NCBI GenBank assembly: GCA_040954595.2
Contig: CM082583.2
Location: 1,808,925-1,872,924 of the forward strand
Length of the DNA stretch: 64,000 nucleotides
Reading direction: 5' to 3'
DNA from: Balanoglossus misakiensis
Lineage: Eukaryota; Animalia; Hemichordata
Position numbers and translations under genes: made by a program. The stretch's first letter is position 1; each line of letters begins with the position of its first letter. A model generated the notes under the pieces. The model ran no database searches, was not told the DNA's origin, and saw nothing but the letters and a program-made list of their open reading frames with translations. Positions 1 through 12,032 of this stretch are shown here, one piece after another.

Positions 1-834
1 CCCTATCTTATAATTTATATGGGAGAGAGCGGTTTTGTCTTGTTATATCCTACAAAAAGTGACCATATTAAAGTGGAGAAATAATGACCTGATAATTTGT
101 GTGGCCGATCGACCGTCCCTATCTAAGGCCTATATTGGTATGTTATGCAAGACACACTATTCGAAATAACGCCTGTCCGACAGTCCGAGACTGGTTGTTT
201 TTCCATCAGACTGATAGTAAAAAAGTTACCAGTCCGGCGGACAGGTTGAATTTAGCGTGGAGTTGACTTGTTTGCGGTATCATAGACGTACGTGACCCCA
301 TCGTGACCCTGGCTGTCCGGGATAGCACCACCAACGATATCTTTTAGACCATCCTCTGTTTATTAGGCCCCTATTGCAATTAATTACCGTCCCTATCTTA
401 TATTGGAGGGAACGGGTTTGTCTTGGCATGTTATGCAAAACACTTGAAAGATGAATTTAAAAAAAAAAAAAATGACGTTTATGACATACAGATGTAACCG
501 ACCCCATAAGGTCCCAATGATATATATTTACATCATACACCAAATTGGACTTAAAAACCAAAAATTGAAAGCCGCTGGAGTTTCTGCGACTATGAACTCA
601 ACGTAAGCTGGACACTACTCACTCCGAGCCCGACCTGGTAATTTGTATGTTGTCCATCGAGCGCCTATAGCTTAGACCTATACAGGAGAGAACGGTTTAT
701 GAAGTCATGTTCAACAAAAATATATGATCATGGAATTAAAGAATTTGGAGAAAAAAAATATAATTAAAAATGGACGTTTACGACGACAAAAAGGAAGACT
801 GTTTAATGCAAAAGTTAAGAAAAAGGAAAAATTC

Positions 835-954
835 AAGCCTACGGCACGTGGTATTCCCAGGCGGTCACCCATCCAAGTACTAACCACGCCCAACGCAGCT
901 TAACTTCGGTGATCGGACGAGAACCAGTGTATTCGACGTGGTATGGCCGTAGGC
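835..954 (-). rRNA. 5S rRNA: 5S rRNA copy 1
   Basis: Reverse complement reads GCCTACGGCCATACCAC...CCGATCACCGAAGTTAAG...TTAGTACTTGGATGGGTGACCGCCTGGGAATACC...GTAGGCTT (120 nt), with internal box A/C motifs and downstream T5 tracts (Pol III terminator). Confidence 0.97.
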
Positions 955-1327
955 AAACACTGCTTGAATTTCTACAATTATTAAGCAAACGGAAGCTTCA
1001 CTAACACATAGGCGTACACACAGGCGTCATAATCTCGGTCAGTCTTCAATGAGACTTTAAAGTAAATAATGACAGAAAAACGTTCCAACTACAACAAACA
1101 ATAGAACATTTATTTGTAATACTACAACCATGTAAACTTATACATCTTAGTAAACACTAAGCATGTCTCCATATATAATTTGTATGTAATCTTCAGTAAC
1201 ATAACAAAATGTTCAATATAGTGCATTAGCCAAGAACTGAATGCATGTAATTGTATGCCAGATGACTTCTCTTGAGTCTTTTGATCAATAAACATGTTCA
1301 AAATAACTGTTGAAATTTATATTGTAT

Positions 1328-2566
1328 TTATCTGTTTCCCATCAATACTCCACGCTCAAAGTGGTCATCTCTATCTGTTTTCTTATCATAAAACTTCGCA
1401 AATGTGCTCTCACTAGACCATCCTGCTTTTTTCAGAATGTCCGTTACAGGTACACAATTATTTTTTGCTGTTGACGTTGCTGCTGCTCTCACACTGTGGG
1501 AGCCAAATTTACTAACATCAATTCCTGATTTTGACATGACAGTTTTAATCCATCTTGAAATTGTGCTAGCACTTACTGCTCCGTATGGTTTTGTGTAACT
1601 TATCAACAGTGAGTTCCTACCAGAACCACTTCTATTTGGTTTAGTACGATTTAAATATTCCTTTATAACAGTATAAACACAAAGTCTCCTGTCAGGAGGG
1701 TATGCTTTAAACGCAACATGAACAACATTATAACTTGGTCTGTTTTGTTTTAAAGAACTCTGTAACTCAAACACAAACTCTGAACTTGTTTTCATAATAT
1801 TACAAAAAGACAACAACTGTAGTGTCTGTACACGGGCTGCATTAGTTACAGCCATAAGCATTGTTAGTTTTAAGGTCAAGTCTTTCAAACTCAGTTCCTT
1901 TACAGGTGATAATGACTTCAGGTAATGTAACACCTGATTTACATCCCATATCGCAGTATACTTGGGTTTAGGTGGTCTTAGGTTGAAGACTCCTTTCATA
2001 TATCTGACAACAAGTGGATGGCTTCCAATTGTAAATCCATCACGGTGTATGCCTAGTGATGACAAGGCTGCACGCACAGTATTCAAAGTTCCATAACCCA
2101 CTCCTGTATCATATATTTGGGTTAGAAATTCTATCACTTCTTCCACTTCTGGTGAAATTTGATCAACCTGTTTTTCACAACAGTACTGAAACCATTTCTT
2201 GATATAGACCTCATATTGTTTTTGAGTTCCTTGTTTCCATGATGACATGAGAATATTGGTAGACTGTTCTGAAATTCCGCGTTGTCTGTAATTTGTCCTG
2301 ACACTTTGCAGACGATCAATTTTAATCGACCCTCCAATGGGTGTTGTACTTGTTCCTTCAGATATGGTAGTCTGAGAAGGTTCTTTACTTTCTGTATGAT
2401 TATTGGGATGTCTATCAATACTCCCATGAGTTTGGTAAACCACGGTTGAGTTGGCCAAAGTGGAGCCACAACAATGCCCACTGCTTTGTCTTCTCTGATT
2501 TTCTGCACACAGCGTCCCATTAGACTGAAAGGGGGAAAAAGATAAATATTGTTGAAATTTCCCCAA
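1328..2566 (-). CDS. DIRS tyrosine recombinase
   Basis: Catalytic residues in AARVQ, HSVR and GWS...FAKFY; overlaps pol in another frame as in DIRS1-like elements. Confidence 0.92.
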   Translation of the reverse strand: MGKFQQYLSFSPFQSNGTLCAENQRRQSSGHCCGSTLANSTVVYQTHGSIDRHPNNHTESKEPSQTTISEGTSTTPIGGSIKIDRLQSVRTNYRQRGISEQSTNILMSSWKQGTQKQYEVYIKKWFQYCCEKQVDQISPEVEEVIEFLTQIYDTGVGYGTLNTVRAALSSLGIHRDGFTIGSHPLVVRYMKGVFNLRPPKPKYTAIWDVNQVLHYLKSLSPVKELSLKDLTLKLTMLMAVTNAARVQTLQLLSFCNIMKTSSEFVFELQSSLKQNRPSYNVVHVAFKAYPPDRRLCVYTVIKEYLNRTKPNRSGSGRNSLLISYTKPYGAVSASTISRWIKTVMSKSGIDVSKFGSHSVRAAATSTAKNNCVPVTDILKKAGWSSESTFAKFYDKKTDRDDHFERGVLMGNR

Positions 2567-4179
2567 TCTATGGTAAATGCATTCACATATAATGCATAAG
2601 GATCTGGTCCCCAGGACACATATTTCTCCACTTGGTTATTTTGTCTTGATGCAAAGAGATCAATATCTGGTGTATTCCATTTATTGCAGATTTTTCTAAA
2701 GATATTCTCATTTAATGTCCATTCTAGCTGATGATCAAAGAGGCGTGACGCTCTATCAGCTTCAACATTGTCAATTCCTGCAATATGTGAACATGATATC
2801 CAAATATCATTATCAATACATAACTTCCATATATCAACTGCAATTTTATTGCATGTATCTGATTTGATTCCTCCCATGTTGCTAATATAACTCACAGCTG
2901 TTGTATTATCTGATAATACCTTGACATGTTGACCTTTCAACTTTGACATGAATGCCCTAAAGGCAAACTTGATTGCTAAAAGTTCTAATGCATTTATATG
3001 CATCTCAGTTTCACTAATAGTCCATGGACCGCCTATCCTAGTCCCCTCTAAATATGCTCCCCATCCTTTCAAAGAGGCATCACATTGTAATGTTATATCT
3101 GGATTACCCTTTATTATAGATCTCTTTTGTACTTTAATATTTTCAATCCACCGTTTAAGTTCTATTTTCATCTGCGATGTAATAGTCATATTACAATCAA
3201 ACTGTCCTGCAGATTTTTTCAATGCTTTAATTTTTTCTCTTTCTAGGACTCTGTAATGTAATTTCCCATATTCAACTGCAGGAAAACTTGCTACTATAAG
3301 GCCAATGACTCGAGCCACTTCTCGTATACTTGCCCTATTTTTTACAGTCAATTTTTCACATTCTACCCTAAGGGTATTCATTTTTTCTTCTGGTAAAGTT
3401 ACAACCATTTTCCTTGAATCAATTTGCTTTCCTAAGAAAACAATTTTTTGTTGAGGTATGAGAACTGATTTCTCCTTATTAATGGTGAACCCCAAGGAGG
3501 TCATTAAGCTCATAGTATCTTTGACATTAGTTGTACACTCGCTAGAAGTGTCACCACAAAGCAGGCTGTCATCAATGAAGCCTGAAATTGTATGTCCCAT
3601 ATTACGTAAATTGGAATAAACTGGTTTCATCAATTTTGTAAACAATCTAGGCCCCTCTGATACACCATTGGGCAAACATGTATATTGATAGATTTTTCCC
3701 TTCCATGCAAATCTGAAATACTTTTGCTGTTCTTCAGCAATTTTTACTGAATAATATGCGTGTCTCAAATCTACTGACGCCATGTATGAATTCTTATTAA
3801 TAAGAGTGAGGGCTATTTCAAAGGTATCCATTTTAAAATGCCTGTAAGGTATTTTGTCATTCAGTTTTTTCAGATTTAAGACCATTCTATGTTCACCATT
3901 CTTTTTGGGAACAACAAAAATTGGGGACAGAAACTGTCCCTCTGTATCTTCAACTTGAACAAGGACCTTCAGTTCAAGCATCTTATTAATTTCTTTGTCA
4001 ATAATTTTAGTTTCTGTGTCATTGAATTTATAATTGGCCTTGCTACTAGGTGGTAGTGACATAATGTCAATATCTATGTGACAATGTTGTACTATATCTA
4101 GTATAGTTGGGTCTTGAGTTATCTGTTTCCATGCCTCAACAAAATATTGTAATCTACCAGCCTCAAATAATGTGCTCAC
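2134..4179 (-). CDS. DIRS pol: reverse transcriptase, RNase H and methyltransferase-like domain
   Basis: RT motifs (SVDLRHAYY, LPNG, FIDD), RNase H motifs (DASLKGWG, HINALEL, SDN, N..AD..SR) and DIRS MT-like motifs (IDLFAS, FPPFS, WPTQPWF). Confidence 0.93.
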   Translation of the reverse strand: MSTLFEAGRLQYFVEAWKQITQDPTILDIVQHCHIDIDIMSLPPSSKANYKFNDTETKIIDKEINKMLELKVLVQVEDTEGQFLSPIFVVPKKNGEHRMVLNLKKLNDKIPYRHFKMDTFEIALTLINKNSYMASVDLRHAYYSVKIAEEQQKYFRFAWKGKIYQYTCLPNGVSEGPRLFTKLMKPVYSNLRNMGHTISGFIDDSLLCGDTSSECTTNVKDTMSLMTSLGFTINKEKSVLIPQQKIVFLGKQIDSRKMVVTLPEEKMNTLRVECEKLTVKNRASIREVARVIGLIVASFPAVEYGKLHYRVLEREKIKALKKSAGQFDCNMTITSQMKIELKRWIENIKVQKRSIIKGNPDITLQCDASLKGWGAYLEGTRIGGPWTISETEMHINALELLAIKFAFRAFMSKLKGQHVKVLSDNTTAVSYISNMGGIKSDTCNKIAVDIWKLCIDNDIWISCSHIAGIDNVEADRASRLFDHQLEWTLNENIFRKICNKWNTPDIDLFASRQNNQVEKYVSWGPDPYALYVNAFTIDWGNFNNIYLFPPFSLMGRCVQKIREDKAVGIVVAPLWPTQPWFTKLMGVLIDIPIIIQKVKNLLRLPYLKEQVQHPLEGRLKLIVCKVSGQITDNAEFQNSLPIFSCHHGNKELKNNMRSISRNGFSTVVKNRLIKFHQKWKK

Positions 4180-4184
4180 CTCAG

Positions 4185-5441
4185 TTACTGTGCTTTGTAT
4201 TTGGGGCCCGCTAAGGGTCCCTGTCTCTGGTAGTTTTTTGATCCTGATGTACTTGGCAGGTACGTCTGACTTTGACTGTATCGATAGGCACCTCTGCCTC
4301 TCTGTTGGATGTATCCACGTCCTCTACCTCTAGATCTCATATAGCGGTTTGATGCTCCGAATCGTGATACACCTCTTCCTCTGTAACTGAATACTTTGTT
4401 GCTTATTCTAGCAACGTCTTCAATTTATTTGGTAGTCTTAGATATGTCATCTCCAAACAACATGTTTGTAAAGGGACGGCTGTGATTGCAAAGATGAACA
4501 TACTGTTCTTTCAGTTCTGGTTTCAGTAGATCTTTTCTAGTCATATTTATCTGTTTGTTTGCATGCCCCAATAAGGCAAGCACATCATTACAGTCATCTA
4601 TCAACTTCCCAAAGGAAGGATCCAAGTCTTTTTCCATCACTGCCATACTGTTTACGACTTTCGCTAAGATAGTCGCCGCTTTTACCACTGATGTCTCAAT
4701 ATTCTGAATTTTCTTATCATTCGTCCGTGCAGTGGACGACATTGCATCCCAGATTAACTGGTTTGTTTTCACTGTTACCAAGCCCTCACAGTTCTGTGGG
4801 CGGGCATTGTTTTCACTCTTAGTGAGTTCAATGTATCGCTCTTCCTCGATACCATTTTTGAACAGATCAGTGATATTTTCCGCCAACGTGGCGTCTATAT
4901 CCTTATCACAACACTCTTGCACTTTGAATCGTTTCGTCATAGAAACGAATCTACTAGGTTCTTTCTCACTGCTATCGTCGTCAATGGCGGCCTCCTGTGA
5001 GGTCCGTTTCTGGCTACTTGGCGGGAGATCGTCGTCTGTTACTTCCCCATAGTCACAGTGAGAATCATATTCGTAACTTTCCTCAAATTCCTTATTCTGT
5101 GTTTCTATCTTGTCTAGTCGCTCGGATATTGTACTTACTGCGAGTTCCTGTCTTTTCATGGCTGTCTGAATCGAACGCATAATGGTCACTACTTCGCCCT
5201 CACTGTCATCCTTTTTCTTACCCGAACTAATCGGAGTATTTGTTGGTCTTTTCGCCGACTGCTTACTTTTACTTGTCGATGCCTTCGCATCGTCTTTTAC
5301 CGAACCACGTTCGGTTTTATCGAGTTTATAGTCATTTAAACTCCTTGCTGATGTTCCGGACAGACCGGAAGACTCGGACTTATCGTCCTTACTCATTTGT
5401 GTCGGCAAACTCATTGTACACCTACAGTGACAATTTTTCAC
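4185..5441 (-). pseudogene. DIRS gag-like ORF1 with in-frame TAA at 4425-4427
   Basis: 338-aa ORF (coiled coil, ...LFGDDISK). The frame stays open after the TAA into an RG-rich tail (RGRGVSRF...RGRGRG...SKN) ending at TAA 4185-4187. Confidence 0.8.
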
Positions 5442-6140
5442 TCAAATATTTGGCTCCAAAGCCAAACTACACGGTTGATCGACGATCTAACCTTAGAAGA
5501 TTCTGTTCTGAACCTGTTCCAACCCAGATGGGTCTCGATGCTGCTGGATTATCGGTAAAATAACCGTCGAAAACTCAGCGGTCAAAAAATCGCTGCCATA
5601 CTCCCAATGCACACATGTGCACCTGACTCCCACGCATGCGCAGCACACTCTCATTGAAGACTGACCGAGATTATGACGAAATAGAATTACCGTCCCTATC
5701 TTATATTGGAGGGAACGGGTTTGTCTTGGCATGTTATGCAAAACACTTGAAAGATGAATTTAAAAAAAAAAAAATGACGTTTATGACATACAGATGTAAC
5801 CGACCCCATAAGGTCTCAATGGTATATATTTACATCATTCATACACCAAATTGGACTTAAAAACCAAAAATTGAAAGCCGCTGGAGTTTCTGCGACTATG
5901 AACTCAACGTAAGCTGGACACTACTCACTCCGAGCCCGACCTGGTAATTTGTATGTTGTCCATCGAGCGCCTATAGCTTAGACCTATACAGGAGAGAACG
6001 GTTTATGAAGTTATGTTCAACAAAAATATATGATCATGGAATTAAAAAATTTGGAGAAAAAAAATATAATTAAAAATGGACGTTTACGACGACAAAAAGG
6101 AAGACTGTTTAATGCAAAAGTTAAGAAAAAGGAAAAATTC

Positions 6141-6260
6141 AAGCCTACGGCACGTGGTATTCCCAGGCGGTCACCCATCCAAGTACTAACCACGCCCAAC
6201 GCAGCTTAACTTCGGTGATCGGACGGGAACCGGTGTATTCGACGTGGTATGGCCGTAGGC
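6141..6260 (-). rRNA. 5S rRNA: 5S rRNA copy 2
   Basis: Full 120-nt match to copy 1 with minor substitutions. Confidence 0.96.
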
Positions 6261-7208
6261 AAACACTGCTTGAATTTCTACAATTATTAAGCAAACGGAA
6301 GCTTCACTAACACATAGGCGTACACACAGAGCACGCGGCACGATAATTGTGTGCGTGGCCAGCTGATTGACCGACCCTATCTTATAATTTATATGGGAGA
6401 GAGCGGTTTTGTCTTGTTATATCCTACAAAAAGTGACCATATTAAAGTGGAGAAATAATGACCTGATAATTTGTGTGGCCGATCGACCGTCCCTATCTAA
6501 GGCCTATATTGGTATGTTATGCAAGACACACTATTCGAAATAACGCCTGTCCGACAGTCCGAGACTGGTTATTTTTCCATCAGACTGATAGTAAAAAAGT
6601 TACCAGTCCGGCGGACAGGTTGAATTTAGCGTGGAGTTGACTTGTTTGCGGTATCATAGACGTACGTGACCCCATCGTGACCCTGGCTGTCCGGGATAGC
6701 ACCACCAACGATATCTTTTAGACCATCCTCTGTTTATTAGGCCCCTATTGCAATTAATTACCGTCCCTATCTTATATTGGAGGGAACGGGTTTGTCTTGG
6801 CATGTTATGCAAAACACTTGAAAGATGAATTAAAAAAAAAAAAAATGACGTTTATGACATACAGATTTTAACCGACCCCATAAGGTCCCAATGGTATATA
6901 TTTACATCATACACCAAATTGGACTTAAAAACCAAAAATTGAAAGCCGCTGGAGTTTCTGCGACTATGAACTCAACGTAAGCTGGACACTACTCACTCCG
7001 AGCCCGACCTGGTAATTTGTATGTTGTCCATCGAGCGCCTATAGCTTAGACCTATACAGGAGAGAACGGTTTATGAAGTTATGTTCAACAAAAATATATG
7101 ATCATGGAATTAAAGAATTTGGAGAAAAAAAATATAATTAAAAATGGACGTTTACGACGACAAAAATGAAGACTGTTTAATGCAAAAGTTAAGAAAAAGG
7201 AAAAATTC

Positions 7209-7327
7209 AAGCCTACGCACGTGGTATTCCCAGGCGGTCACCCATCCAAGTACTAACCACGCCCAACGCAGCTTAACTTCGGTGATCGGACGAGAACCGG
7301 TGTATTCGACGTGGTATGGCCGTAGGC
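7209..7327 (-). rRNA. 5S rRNA: 5S rRNA copy 3 (1-nt deletion in the 3' terminal helix; MITE at -30)
   Basis: gcctacgcac versus gcctacggcac in the other copies. Confidence 0.9.
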
Positions 7328-7357
7328 AAACACTGCTTGAATTTCTACAATTATTAA

Positions 7358-7703
7358 AGGGACAAAGTCTCTCTCTCGCTGCCCTTTTTACATTAATTAA
7401 ATTTGATACAAGACACCATTTTGTTAATGTACATGCGGATATATAGTGAATCAACGTTCAACCTCACACAACTTCCATCCCGCTTGCAGACACGAGAGTG
7501 AAAAAAATTGCCAAAATGAATAATCGTTCTTTACCATTTATTCACTTTGGGCGAATTTTTACTCTCATATCATACAAGCGGGATGGAAGTTGTGTGTGGA
7601 TGAACGTTCATTCACTTATATCCACGTGTACATTAGCATAAACGGTGTCTTGTATCAAACATAATTAATGAAAAAAGGTCAGCAAGAGAGAGACTTTGTC
7701 CCT
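7358..7703. mobile_element. Fold-back MITE, Kolobok-like (TTAA TSD, AGGGAC..GTCCCT ends)
   Basis: TTAA|agggacaaagtctctctc...gagagagactttgtccct|TTAA. Absent from the other 5S units, where the empty site is acaattattaagcaaac. Confidence 0.9.
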
Positions 7704-8619
7704 TTAAGCAAACGGAAGCTTCACTAACACATAGGCGTACACACAGAGCACGCGGCACGATAATTGTGTGCGTGGCCAGCTGATTGACCGACCCTATCTT
7801 ATAATTTATATGGGAGAGAGCGGTTTTGTCTTGCTATATCCTACAAAAAGTGACCATATTAAAGTGGAGAAATAATGACCTGATAATTTGTGTGGCCGAT
7901 CGACCGTCCCTATCTAAGGCCTATATTGGTATGTTATGCAAGACACACTATTCGAAATAACGCCTGTCCGACAGTCCGAGACTGGTTGTTTTTCCATCAG
8001 ACTGATAGTAAAAAAGTTACCAGTCCGGCGGACAGGTTGAATTTAGCGTGGAGTTGACTTGTTTGCGGTATCATAGACGTACGTGACCCCATCGTGACCC
8101 TGGCTGTCCGGGATAGCACCACCAACGATATCTTTTAGACCATCCTCTGTTTATTAGGCCCATATTGCAATTAATTACCGCCCCTATCTTATATTGGAGG
8201 GAACGGGTTTGTCTTGGCATGTTATGCAAAACACTTGAAAGATGAATTTTTTTTTAAAATGACGTTTATGACATACAGATTTAACCGACCCAATAAGGTC
8301 CCAATGGTATATTGACATCATACACCAAATTGGACTTAAAAACCAAAAATTGAAAGCCGCTGGAGTTTCTGCGACTATGAACTCAACGTAAGCTGGACAC
8401 TACTCACTCCGAGCCCGACCTGGTAATTTGTATGTTGTCCATCGAGCGCCTATAGCTTAGACCTATACAGGAGAGAACGGTTTATGAAGTTATGTTCAAC
8501 AAAAATATATGATCATGGAATTAAAGAATTTGGAGAAAAAAAATATAATTAAAAATGGACGTTTACGACGACAAAAATGAAGACTGTTTAATGCAAAAGT
8601 TAAGAAAAAGGAAAAATTC

Positions 8620-8739
8620 AAGCCTACGGCACGTGGTATTCCCAGGCGGTCACCCATCCAAGTACTAACCACGCCCAACGCAGCTTAACTTCGGTGATCG
8701 GACGAGAACCGGTGTATTCGACGTGGTATGGCCGTAGGC
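8620..8739 (-). rRNA. 5S rRNA: 5S rRNA copy 4
   Basis: Full-length 120-nt copy. Confidence 0.96.
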
Positions 8740-9686
8740 AAACACTGCTTGAATTTCTACAAATTATTAAGCAAACGGAAGCTTCACTAACACATAGGCG
8801 TACACACAGAGCACGCGGCACGATAATTGTGTGCGTGGCCAGCTGATTGACCGACCCTATCTTATAATTTATATGGGAGAGAGCGGTTTTGTCTTGTTAT
8901 ATCCTACAAAAAGTGACCATATTAAAGTGGAGAAATAATGACCTGATAATTTGTGTGGCCGATCGACCGTCCCTATCTAAGGCCTATATTGGTATGTTAT
9001 GCAAGACACACTATTGGAAATAACGCCTGTCCGACAGTCCGAGACTGATTGTTTTTCCATCAGACTGATAGTAAAAAAGTTACCAGTCCGGCGGACAGGT
9101 TGAATTTAGCGTGGAGTTGACTTGTTTGCGGTATCATAGACGTACGTGACCCCATCGTGACCCTGGCTGTCCGGGATAGCACCACCAACGATATCTTTTA
9201 GACCATCCTCTGTTTATTAGGCCCCTATTGCAATTAATTACCGTTCCTATCTTATATTGGAGGGAACGGGTTTGTCTTGGCATGTTATGCAAAACACTTG
9301 AAAGATGAATTTTTTTTTTAAAAATGACGTTTATGACATACAGATGTAACCGACCCCATAAGGTCCCAATGATATATATTAACATCATACACCAAATTGG
9401 ACTTAAAAACCAAAAATTGAAAGCCGCTGGAGTTTCTGCGACTATGAACTCAACGTAAGCTGGACACTACTTACTCCGAGCTCGACCTGGTAATTTGTAT
9501 GTTGTCCATCGAGCGCCTATAGCTTAGACCTATACAGGAGAGAACGGTTTATGAAGTTATGTTCAACAAAAATATATGATCATGGAATTAAAGAATTTGG
9601 AGAAAAAAAATATAATTAAAAATGGACGTTTACGACGACAAAAAGGAAGACTGTTTAATGCAAAAGTTAAGAAAAAGGAAAAATTC

Positions 9687-9736
9687 AAGCCTACGGCACG
9701 TGGTATTCCCAGGCGGTCACCCATCCAAGTACTAAC
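9687..9736 (-). pseudogene. 5'-truncated 5S copy (only the 3' ~50 nt remain)
   Basis: Junction ...caagtactaac|gataattgtg; this unit is ~150 bp shorter than normal. Confidence 0.93.
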
Positions 9737-10602
9737 GATAATTGTGTGCGTGGCCAGCTGATTGACCGACCCTATCTTATAATTTATATGGGAGAGAGCG
9801 GTTTTGTCTTGTTATATCCTACAAAAAGTGACCATATTAAAGTGGAGAAATAATGACCTGATAATTTGTGTGGCCGATCGACCGTCCCTATCTAAGGCCT
9901 ATATTGGTATGTTATGCAAGACACACTATTCGAAATAACGCCTGTCCGACAGTCCGAGACTGGTTGTTTTTCCATCAGACTGATAGTAAAAAAGTTACCA
10001 GTCCGGCGGACAGGTTGAATTTAGCGTGGAGTTGACTTGTTTGCGGTATCATAGACGTACGTGACCCCATCGTGACCCTGGCTGTCCGGGATAGCACCAC
10101 CAACGATATCTTTTAGACCATCCTCTGTTTATTAGGCCCCTATTGCAATTAATTACCGTCCCTATCTTATATTGGAGGGAACGGGTTTGTCTTGGCATGT
10201 TATGCAAAACACTTGAAAGATGAATTTTTTTTTTTAAAAATGACGTTTATGACATACAGATGTAACCGACCCCATAAGGTCCCAATGATATATATTTACA
10301 TCATACACCAAATTGGACTTAAAAACCAAAAATTGAAAGCCGCTGGAGTTTCTGCGACTATGAACTCAACGTAAGCTGGACACTACTTACTCCGAGCTCG
10401 ACCTGGTAATTTGTATGTTGTCCATCGAGCGCCTATAGCTTAGACCTATACAGGAGAGAACGGTTTATGAAGTTATGTTCAACAAAAATATATGATCATG
10501 GAATTAAAGAATTTGGAGAAAAAAAATATAATTAAAAATGGACGTTTACGACGACAAAAAGGAAGACTGTTTAATGCAAAAGTTAAGAAAAAGGAAAAAT
10601 TC

Positions 10603-10722
10603 AAGCCTACGGCACGTGGTATTCCCAGGCGGTCACCCATCCAAGTACTAACCACGCCCAACGCAGCTTAACTTCGGTGATCGGACGAGAACCGGTGTAT
10701 TCGACGAGGTATGGCCGTAGGC
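10603..10722 (-). rRNA. 5S rRNA: 5S rRNA copy 6
   Basis: Full-length copy with one substitution (gacgagg). Confidence 0.95.
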
Positions 10723-11912
10723 AAACACTGCTTGAATTTCTACGATTATTAAGCAAACGGAAGCTTCACTAACACATAGGCGTACACACAGAGCACGCGG
10801 CACGATAATTGTGTGCGTGGCCAGCTGATTGACCGACCCTATCTTATAATTTATATGGGAGAGAGCGGTTTTGTCATGTTATATCCTACAAAAAGTGACC
10901 ATATTAAAGTGGAGAAATAATGACCTGATATTTTGTGTGGCCGATCGACCGTCCCTATCTAAGGCCTATATTGGTATGTTATGCAAGACACACTATTCGA
11001 AATAACGCCTGTCCGACAGTCCGAGACTGGTTGTTTTTCCATCAGACTGATAGTAAAAAAGTTACCAGTCCGGCGGACAGGTTGAATTTAGCGTGGAGTT
11101 GACTTGTTTGCGGTATCATAGACGTACGTGACCCCATCGTGACCCTGGCTGTCCGGGATAGCACCACCAACGATATCTTTTAGACCATCCTCTGTTTATT
11201 AGGCCCCTATTGCAATTAATTACCGTCCCTATCTTATATTGGAGGGAACGGGTTTGTCTTGGCATGTTATGCAAAACACTTGAAAGATGATTTTTAAAAA
11301 AAAAAATGACGTTTATGACATACAGATTTAACCGACCCCATAAGGTCCCAATGGTATATTAACATCATACACCAAATTGGACTTAAAAACCAAAAATTGA
11401 AAGCCGCTGGAGTTTCTGCGACTATTTACCCAAACGAAGCTTTAGCCTAGTACTAACACACGCAAACAGCACGAGAGCGAACGGTTTTGTTTTGCTATGT
11501 TCTGCAAAAAAAAAAACTTGAATGATCGTGGAATTGAGGTAGTTATAGAAATCATGAATTTAAAGAAAGAAAGAAGTTGATGTATATGACGACAAATAAT
11601 AAATAGACTATTCAGGCCTAATAGGAAACTTTAAAAACAATGTAATGAAGACTGCTTGAATTTCTGCGACAATGAACTCAACGTAAGCTGGACACTACTC
11701 ACTCCGAGCCCGACCTGGTAATTTGTATGTTGTCCATCGAGCGCCTATAGCTTAGACCTTACAGGAGAGAACGGTTTATGAAGTTATGTTCAACAAAAAT
11801 ATATGATCATGGAATTAAAGAATTTGGAGAAAAAAATATAATTAAAAATGGACGTTTACGACGACAAAAAGGAAGACTGTTTAATGCAAAAGTTAAGAAA
11901 AAGGAAAAATTC

Positions 11913-12032
11913 AAGCCTACGGCACGTGGTATTCCCAGGCGGTCACCCATCCAAGTACTAACCACGCCCAACGCAGCTTAACTTCAGTGATCGGACGAGA
12001 ACCGGTGTATTCGACGTGGTATGGCCGTAGGC
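11913..12032 (-). rRNA. 5S rRNA: 5S rRNA copy 7
   Basis: Full-length copy with one substitution (cttcagtg). Confidence 0.95.

Larger units (their letters stand above)
1025..5686 (-). mobile_element. DIRS1-like tyrosine-recombinase retrotransposon inserted in the 5S spacer, 3' end probably truncated
   Basis: ORF order gag, RT/RNaseH/MT, YR with overlap. A 30-bp inverted repeat cgtcataatctcggtcagtcttcaatgaga (1025-1054) pairs with 5649-5678. No TSD. Confidence 0.93.

Noticed and set aside
170-380. Possible tRNA or snRNA linked to 5S in the spacer (hairpin cctgtccg...cggacagg)
   Set aside because: No cloverleaf, B-box or Sm-site match recognised; more likely a transposon-end remnant.
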